Source: Candidatus Eiseniibacteriota bacterium (GTDB lineage: Bacteria; Eisenbacteria; RBG-16-71-46; JABDJR01; JAWXBZ01). Taken from it: a DNA stretch of 23,672 bases. Under the pieces are notes generated by a model that did not search any database, was not told the origin of the DNA, and saw nothing but the letters and a program-made list of their open reading frames with translations. The stretch spans positions 1 through 23,672 of the forward strand of contig JAWXBZ010000134.1 of assembly GCA_034440375.1 (NCBI GenBank). Reading direction: 5' to 3'. A program made the translations under genes and the position numbers. This document shows positions 17,333 through 23,672 of this stretch, piece after piece (the stretch's first letter is position 1; every line of letters starts with the position of its first letter).

Positions 17333-19263
17333 GCCCACGCCGCTTCGCGGTCTTCGGCACCGCCGGCCACATCGATCACGGCAAGACCGCGCTCGTCCGC
17401 CTGCTGACCGGCGTCGACACCGATCGGCTCAAGGAGGAGAAGGAACGGGGCATTTCCATTGACCTGGGGTTCGCCAGCCTCGTCCTGCCGGACGGTACCG
17501 AGTGCGGCCTCGTCGATGTTCCCGGGCACGAACGCTTCGTCAAGAACATGCTCGCCGGCGTTGGAGGCATCGACGCGGTCCTCCTGGTGATCGCGGCGGA
17601 TGAAGGGGTCATGCCGCAGACCCGGGAGCATCTGGACATCATCCGGTTGCTCGATATTCACCGCGGCGTGATCGTGCTGACCAAGTCGGACCTCGTCGAG
17701 GCGGAGTGGCTCGAATTCGTGACCGAGGAAGTGCGCGAGTACCTGGCGGATGGGCCGCTGGCACACCTCCCCATCGTGCCGGTTTCCTCGAAGACCGGCG
17801 CCGGCCGCCTGGAACTACTCTCCACGCTCGCCACGGTTCTGGCCGACCTTCCCGAGCGACCATCAGATCGACCGGCGCGATTGCCGATCGATCGAGTCTT
17901 CAGTGTGGAAGGGTTCGGCACGGTCGTCACCGGTACGCTGTGGCAGGGAACCCTGCGGCCGGGCGACCGCATGATGGTTGAGCCCGGTGGGATCATGACC
18001 CGGCTGCGGTCGGTCCAGGTTCACGGTCACGATGTCGAGGAGGCTCGAGCCGGCCAGCGCACCGCGGTGGCGCTTCACGGGGTGGAAAAATCCGCCATCG
18101 AGAGGGGGCACTGGGTCGTGGCGCCCGATTCCGTGACGCCGTCGTTCATGGTGGATGCGCGGGTCCATCTCGTGGCGGATGCCGCGAAGTCGCTCAAGAA
18201 TCGCCAGCGAATCCGATTCCACCTCGGCGCCAGTGAAATTCTTGGCCGGGTTGTTCTCCTCGACCGGGAGGAACTTGAGCCGGCGACATCGGCCATGGCA
18301 CAGATTCGGCTGGAGGGCCCCGTTCTCGCCGAACGGGGCGATCGATTCGTGTTGCGAAGCTACTCGCCCCAGCGGGCCATCGGCGGCGGTGTCATTGTGC
18401 TGCCGAACCCCGTCAAGCACCAAAGGCACGACGCGACCACGGTGGCCCGGCTAGAGGTTGAAGCCGAAGGGGGGCCGCTGGAGCGAACCATCCAGGCGCT
18501 GGCCGAATTCACGATGGCGGTTGACTCGACACGCGTGGCGCGCGCCGCCGGACTCGAACCAGAAACGACCGGGGAGGCGCTCGACCAGCTGGCGGGAGAG
18601 GGGCGCGCCTGGCATCTTGACGATGGCCGCTTTCTGGCGGCATCGACCGGGGAGCAATTGGAGGCCCGACTTCTCGATGTGGCCCGCGCCTGGCAGTCCG
18701 GCTCACCGTATCGCTGGGGTCTTGCCAGGGGCGATCTCAAGAGTCAACTGCCGAAGGATGTCGATCCAGCCCTGTTCGATCATCTGACCGGCCGCCTGCT
18801 GGCGGCGAAAAAGCTCCTCGAACGGGACGACCGGTTTCGGGCCGATGGTGAGCCCGCGCCGCTTGGGGAACGGGATGCCGCAAGGCTGTTGCGGATTCGC
18901 GAGGCGATCACGGCGGGCGGATATGCGCCACCGACGGTCAAGGATCTGGAAACGGAAATGGCAATGGGCGGGGTGCTCGTCGAAATTCTCACCTCGTTGA
19001 CAGCGGAGGGAGAACTGGTCAAGGTGGCCGCGGATTTCTACTATCCACGCGCAAGGCTCGAGGCGATGGCCGCGGGCCTCCAGGGATTTTTTGCCAAACG
19101 AAGCGAGATGCGAGTGGCCGATCTCAAGGATCTCTTCGGGATATCCCGTAAGCATGCGGTGCCGGCACTCGAATATTTCGACCGGTTGGGCGTCACGCGT
19201 CGACTCGGCGATGTCCGGGTGGCCGGACGGCTTCTGACCGCCGCCGATACCGGGACTCCGTGA
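17329..19263 (+). CDS. selB: Selenocysteine-specific translation elongation factor
   Basis: [72 protein letters not shown]-terminal winged-helix SECIS-binding motif [16 protein letters not shown] start overlaps the murA stop. Confidence 0.97.
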   Translation: MSPRRFAVFGTAGHIDHGKTALVRLLTGVDTDRLKEEKERGISIDLGFASLVLPDGTECGLVDVPGHERFVKNMLAGVGGIDAVLLVIAADEGVMPQTREHLDIIRLLDIHRGVIVLTKSDLVEAEWLEFVTEEVREYLADGPLAHLPIVPVSSKTGAGRLELLSTLATVLADLPERPSDRPARLPIDRVFSVEGFGTVVTGTLWQGTLRPGDRMMVEPGGIMTRLRSVQVHGHDVEEARAGQRTAVALHGVEKSAIERGHWVVAPDSVTPSFMVDARVHLVADAAKSLKNRQRIRFHLGASEILGRVVLLDREELEPATSAMAQIRLEGPVLAERGDRFVLRSYSPQRAIGGGVIVLPNPVKHQRHDATTVARLEVEAEGGPLERTIQALAEFTMAVDSTRVARAAGLEPETTGEALDQLAGEGRAWHLDDGRFLAASTGEQLEARLLDVARAWQSGSPYRWGLARGDLKSQLPKDVDPALFDHLTGRLLAAKKLLERDDRFRADGEPAPLGERDAARLLRIREAITAGGYAPPTVKDLETEMAMGGVLVEILTSLTAEGELVKVAADFYYPRARLEAMAAGLQGFFAKRSEMRVADLKDLFGISRKHAVPALEYFDRLGVTRRLGDVRVAGRLLTAADTGTP

Positions 19264-19838
19264 CCGCGCTTCCCCCATCGACTCCCCGCGTGGACGGTCC
19301 GAGCGATTCGACGCTGGCGGTCCGGGCCCGTGACGGGGATGGCCACGCCTTCACCGAACTGGTTCGCCGCCACCAGGAACGGGTGTTCCGGATCGTCTAC
19401 CGGATGCTTCGAAACCGCGACGAAGCCGAGGATGTCACCCAGGTGACATTTGTCCGGGCCTTCCGAAGCCTCCTCAAGTTCAAGGAGGAGTTCGCTTTTC
19501 ACCCCTGGCTTTATCGAATTGCTGTGAACGCGTCACTGACGCATATCGAAAAACGGAAGCGGGAGAAGCTGGTTGACATCGAACAGGTGCCCGAGCGTTT
19601 GGTGCTCCGGCCGTCCGGGGAAGAATCGCCACTGGAGGCGGTCGGGCGCCGGGAGATGATCGACCGTATCCAACGGGCCCTGCCGGAACTGCCGGAGGAG
19701 CAGCGACTTGTCTTTCTCCTCCGGGTCAATGAAGGGCTCAGCTATGAGGAAATAGCCGAAACGCTGGATATCCCGCGCGGGACAGTCATGTCCCGATTGT
19801 CACGAGCCAGGGAAGCTTTGAGGAAAATGCTGGTATAG
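19260..19838 (+). CDS. ECF sigma factor
   Basis: Region 2: ARDGDGHAFTELVRRHQ..AEDVTQVTF..WLYRIAVN. Region 4: LPEEQRLVFLLR..GLSYEEIAETLDIPRGTVMSRLSRARE. GTG overlaps the selB stop. Confidence 0.95.
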   Translation: MTALPPSTPRVDGPSDSTLAVRARDGDGHAFTELVRRHQERVFRIVYRMLRNRDEAEDVTQVTFVRAFRSLLKFKEEFAFHPWLYRIAVNASLTHIEKRKREKLVDIEQVPERLVLRPSGEESPLEAVGRREMIDRIQRALPELPEEQRLVFLLRVNEGLSYEEIAETLDIPRGTVMSRLSRAREALRKMLV

Positions 19839-19891
19839 GCTTTTCCGGTCCACCGCCGGGAGCTGATCTGCGACGGAAAGGAACATGAGGC

Positions 19892-21163
19892 GTGTCCGAG
19901 GCGAAGTTCGAGGGAAGTCATCCTGGCCCGGAGTGGCTGTCGGCCTGGCATGACGGGGAATTACAAGATTCGGCAGCGGCCGCGGTGGGAGCGCATCTCG
20001 AAGCCTGCGCCGATTGCCGCAACGCCATTGAGGCGTTCCGCCAGCTTGACCAGTCGGTCCGGCAGGGGGACGACGCCCGCCCCGCGCCAGAGGCCTGGGA
20101 GGCCATCGAGCGGCGCCTCCGGTTGCGGCTCGAGGACGAGCTGGGTCTTGGCGTTCCGATGGGGGCAACCAGGCGTTACGTCGAATCGGACGCCGAGCTG
20201 GTGCTCCTCCCCACACCTCGCGAAATCCAGACCGGCCGCGGCGCCCGCCCATTCCGACTCCGGTGGGCCATGGCCACGGCGGCCGGCCTGACCGTGGCTC
20301 TCCTGACGATTCGGACGATCAGTGACCGCGACTGGACGGTCGGAAAGGTGATCAATCCGGTTCCGGACCGACATCGCGAGGTGGCCGCCGTCGAGCCGCT
20401 TCCCTCAACCCATCAGGAAGCGGAGGAGCGCCTCCGGAATATGAAAAGTGCCAACGCGACATCAGGCGGAAATGCGCCAGTCGTTGCGGCGCCCAGCCCC
20501 GCGGCCTCCAGCCCCGCGGCGCCAAACCTCGCCGGGCCACCGGCCACCGCTCCCTCCGAAACCGAGGTCGCTCGGCCCGAAAAGGCGCTTGAGAAATTCG
20601 AGGTAGCCACTTCGCCCCGCGAGTACCTGGCCGAAGTGGATCAGGTGATTCGCAAGGAGGCGGCACTCGGTTCCACCCAGTCGGCGCCCGCATCGGACCT
20701 GTCGATGGATGAATCTCGATCATGGGGCGTCGCGGCCAGGAACTCGGCCGAGGCCGGGAAGACGAGCGCACAATCGAGCACGGATCCCGAATACGCCATG
20801 GTGTTTGCCGCGGCCAGTCGGGCCCGTGAGGCCGGCAATCAGGCCCTTGCCCGGCGCGGATTCGCGCTGGTTCGCGCCGGGATTCCCGAAGATGATCTCG
20901 CTCGCGAGGCGGAATACGAGGAGACTCTGGCCACGGCCCGCATGGAGATTGCGAATGGTGGTGACCAGGTGGTCATCACCCAACGACTCAACGATGACGC
21001 GGCCTCCTCATGGGACGCCCACGCCCCGGATCAGAAGCTGACCTGCCGAACGGCACTGGCCGACCTCCGCGCCGCGATGACCCTGGCCAGGGAACTGGGT
21101 CGACCGCTACCCCTGGAAGACGTGGACACCCGCCTGCAGCAACTTCGTTCGTGTGCCCGCTAG
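19892..21163 (+). CDS. Zinc-binding (ZAS/zf-HC2) membrane anti-sigma factor with long extracytoplasmic region
   Basis: HP..WLSAWHDGEL..HLEACADC (HxxxCxxC), TM segment WAMATAAGLTVALLTI, Pro/Ala linker and helical C-terminus. Follows the ECF gene. Confidence 0.88.
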   Translation: MSEAKFEGSHPGPEWLSAWHDGELQDSAAAAVGAHLEACADCRNAIEAFRQLDQSVRQGDDARPAPEAWEAIERRLRLRLEDELGLGVPMGATRRYVESDAELVLLPTPREIQTGRGARPFRLRWAMATAAGLTVALLTIRTISDRDWTVGKVINPVPDRHREVAAVEPLPSTHQEAEERLRNMKSANATSGGNAPVVAAPSPAASSPAAPNLAGPPATAPSETEVARPEKALEKFEVATSPREYLAEVDQVIRKEAALGSTQSAPASDLSMDESRSWGVAARNSAEAGKTSAQSSTDPEYAMVFAAASRAREAGNQALARRGFALVRAGIPEDDLAREAEYEETLATARMEIANGGDQVVITQRLNDDAASSWDAHAPDQKLTCRTALADLRAAMTLARELGRPLPLEDVDTRLQQLRSCAR

Positions 21164-21209
21164 CGCCGACGCCAACTCGACGCCTCGCTCCGTTGTCCCG
21201 TCCCCTGTC

Positions 21210-23363
21210 ATGATCCGCGCCACCCTGGCCATGCTGTTCCTGCTCGGCGGAGCTACCACCCCCGCCCGGCCGGCACGCGGCGACGATGTCACCCGGGCGC
21301 CCTCACCGATCGAAGCATCCAACTGGCCGCTGGCCGCCGGCGATACCTGGCGTTACACGATCGAACGGATCGAGCGCCGACCGGGGGAAGACGCCGTCCT
21401 GACCGACTCGGCCGAGGTGAGGGTCCTGGCCTCCTGGCTCCATGGAACACGACGCGTGGCCGTGCTCATGCGGAACCGCCCCGACTTCGATCGTCTCGAT
21501 GCGCTCCGCGCCACCCGGGAAGAAGCGCCGATCGCCCCCCGGCTCGTCGAGGTGGAGTATCAAGTGCTGGAAACCGATCGACTGACGATCATCGACGATC
21601 CGGATCGGTTGGGAGCGGTTCTGGCCTCAACGGTGAACGCTGTTGGCGCCAAACCGGAAGTGGACGCATTTGGTGAGATTCCTCTCCCACTGTCACCCGG
21701 TCGCCGGTGGGGTTCCCCGGAGATGCTGGCGCGATCGGACGGGCTTTACGTGGGAACGGCTGGCCCCCGGACCGATCTCGATCTGCCAGGCGGACAGGTA
21801 AGCGCCATTCCGGTCAGCTACCAGACCCTGCCCGACCGGGACGATCGCTGGATGGCCCCCGGCCTCGGTCTGGTGCGTCGACAGTATCGCCACCGGGGCC
21901 TCGACCTTCTTGAGACCTGGGAGATGACCGGATTCACCCATGAGGCAGTGGACACACTGGCGCTGACGGCGCACTTGGAATCGCGTTTTCGGCTGCTATT
22001 ACTGGGCGAGGGTGCCTGGTCACGTCGGTCCCTGCTGCCGTCGGATCCGGTGCTGACGGCGTTGCTCGGACCGACTGCTCTCGCCGACTCGCCCGAGGAC
22101 GACGAAGGGATCCGGCGCCTTTACCTTCGTGGAAGCGGGGGGCTAGTCACGCTCGAACGACTGCCGGACGGACCAGGGCGTGCCTGGCTGGTCACCTGGG
22201 CGGTCCGCGGACTTCGTCGCCATCGTTTCGCGGTGACGGCGGACCCGTCAAGCCGATCGAACGTGGCCGGAGCCGGTCTCGACCTGGCGGCGGTGCACCG
22301 GCTTGCCGTTCCGGCGAGCCGGCTCTCCGGATTGTCCAATGGCGCCGGCGTGGTTGGCGAGGCCGCGGCGGCGGCCCGAATGGAATTGGCCATGCAGCTT
22401 CTCGTCAGACAACTGGGCGACGCGGCTCCCACGGACGCCGCCGCGCGGGGATCGGCCGAGGCGTGGCGGAAGGCGCTTGGAGCCGCCGTGGGCGATTCCG
22501 TCCTGGTCACTCGTTACGGCTCACGCATTCGCATCGATGACGGCGATCTCCGGGTTGATCTCGAAATTCTTCCCGGGGCGTGGGCCGTCACGGCCCGACT
22601 GGCTCTGCCGGATGGCAGGGCCAGGGGAGGCGCGCCGCGATTCATCCGCGGCGAGGCACCACCGATCGTTCTGTCCGATCCAGGTGATTCAAGCGGTCGT
22701 CTGGCGGTCCGACGGTGGCTGACGTTGAACTGGCTGGCCGACCGACCTGGCGAAGAAGTGCTCATCCTGTCCGAACGAGCGGCCGGGGTCCCCTTGCGGC
22801 TTGAGCTGTATCAGCTGGATGCAACGAGCGCCTCCCGCGGATGGACCCGGCTCCTGCCCGCCGGCCGCGTCCGACTGCGCCCGCACAGCGGGCTTCTCGA
22901 TATCGATTCGGAGCGCCCCGATACGCGCCTCCCACTCGCGGCCCAGCACTGGCGCGAGACCTACGGTCCGCCCGAATCGCCCGGTGCCTCCTCGCCGACA
23001 CCGCTTCGCCGCGAGCGCCTCGACCCATGGCTCGATACGGGCGTGACGGTCATCGAGGCCTTGCGACGCCGCGAATCCGGTCCCCTGTCGGAATGGGTAC
23101 GCGGCGCGGGCCTGGCCGTGCGACTGGCCTCGACCTGGCTGGCCCGTCCCGAGGTGTCGATCGCACGAATTGATTCATTCCAGCAGGTTGGCGGAAACGA
23201 CCTGCCATCGGCGGTGGCCGTTGTCACCTTTCATCGCAATCGGGCCGCCGGGCCGGTGGAGGCGGAACCATTGGCGCTCTCCTTCCGTCTCGTTCAGGAG
23301 CGGGGGCGTTGGGTCGTCGTCGACCTGGTGGCGGACTCGACCGTCGGAGATTGGGAGCCGTGA
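21210..23363 (+). CDS. Large secreted hypothetical protein
   Basis: ORF of about 717 aa in the operon direction. Signal-peptide-like MIRATLAMLFLLGGATTPARPARG. N-terminal beta-rich domain bounded by WPLAAGDTWRY and WMAPGLGLVRRQY. Confidence 0.7.
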   Translation: MIRATLAMLFLLGGATTPARPARGDDVTRAPSPIEASNWPLAAGDTWRYTIERIERRPGEDAVLTDSAEVRVLASWLHGTRRVAVLMRNRPDFDRLDALRATREEAPIAPRLVEVEYQVLETDRLTIIDDPDRLGAVLASTVNAVGAKPEVDAFGEIPLPLSPGRRWGSPEMLARSDGLYVGTAGPRTDLDLPGGQVSAIPVSYQTLPDRDDRWMAPGLGLVRRQYRHRGLDLLETWEMTGFTHEAVDTLALTAHLESRFRLLLLGEGAWSRRSLLPSDPVLTALLGPTALADSPEDDEGIRRLYLRGSGGLVTLERLPDGPGRAWLVTWAVRGLRRHRFAVTADPSSRSNVAGAGLDLAAVHRLAVPASRLSGLSNGAGVVGEAAAAARMELAMQLLVRQLGDAAPTDAAARGSAEAWRKALGAAVGDSVLVTRYGSRIRIDDGDLRVDLEILPGAWAVTARLALPDGRARGGAPRFIRGEAPPIVLSDPGDSSGRLAVRRWLTLNWLADRPGEEVLILSERAAGVPLRLELYQLDATSASRGWTRLLPAGRVRLRPHSGLLDIDSERPDTRLPLAAQHWRETYGPPESPGASSPTPLRRERLDPWLDTGVTVIEALRRRESGPLSEWVRGAGLAVRLASTWLARPEVSIARIDSFQQVGGNDLPSAVAVVTFHRNRAAGPVEAEPLALSFRLVQERGRWVVVDLVADSTVGDWEP

Positions 23364-23672
23364 CCGCGCGAATACCGAGGCTCATCGTGCTCTTCGGCGT
23401 GGCAATGGGCTTCCTCGAGGCCGCGGTGGTGATTTACCTGCGGCTTCTCTATTACCCCGGCGGCTTCGACTTTCCGCTGGTGCGTCTGCCGGACCTGGTG
23501 GTGGTGATCGAACTCGGACGCGAAGCGGCCACGATCGTCATGCTGTGGGCCGTGGCGGCGCTGACCGGCAAAACGGGCGTGGCGCGATTCGCCTGGTTCG
23601 CAATCCTGTTCGGGATATGGGATCTCGTCTACTACCTGGCGCTGAAACTGGTGCTTGGCTGGCCGGCCAGCC
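23360..23672 (+). CDS. Conserved hypothetical multi-pass membrane protein, 3'-truncated by window edge
   Basis: Not in the ORF track. GTG overlaps the previous stop and the frame is open to the end: MTARIPRLIVLFGVAMGFLEAAVVIYLRLLYYPGGFDFPL..ELGREAATIVML..FGIWDLVYY..LGWPAS. Confidence 0.8.
   Translation, partial: MTARIPRLIVLFGVAMGFLEAAVVIYLRLLYYPGGFDFPLVRLPDLVVVIELGREAATIVMLWAVAALTGKTGVARFAWFAILFGIWDLVYYLALKLVLGWPAS

Noticed and set aside
17330-19300. Possible selenocysteine read-through of the TGA stops of murA or selB
   Set aside because: Both proteins are full-length at the stop, each TGA is part of a normal GTGA overlap, and I could not identify a convincing SECIS.
19885-19953. ATG with good RBS (GGAAAGGA) just upstream of the anti-sigma
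   Set aside because: It is out of frame and gives only a 22-codon peptide. The GTG at 19892 yields the ZAS domain.

Overview
GC-rich bacterial chromosomal window from a diderm organism (lipoproteins, a beta-barrel, HtrA). A Gemmatimonadota/Eisenbacteria-like FCB-associated lineage is a guess only. The housekeeping backbone is: 3' part of priA, a long two-domain thyX, rho, rpmE, prfA, prmC, murA and selB. Four accessory blocks sit among these genes. (1) 1805-6818 is a compact envelope-signalling module: an ECF sigma factor, a membrane anti-sigma candidate ending in a CBM48-like glycogen-binding domain, a predicted outer-membrane beta-barrel carrying a second CBM48-like domain, a secreted helical-repeat protein and a divergent DUF4382-like lipoprotein. 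Three copies of a candidate ECF promoter (TGTAAC-N16/17-GGTC) tie these genes together. (2) An AT-rich patch after prmC carries an internally deleted AAA-ATPase gene remnant. (3) A GT4 glycosyltransferase and an HtrA/DegP protease lie on the minus strand. (4) A second ECF sigma with a zinc-binding anti-sigma is translationally coupled to murA-selB and followed by two hypothetical genes. I saw no tRNA, rRNA, CRISPR array or intact mobile element. All family calls are from motif recognition by eye, not database searches.
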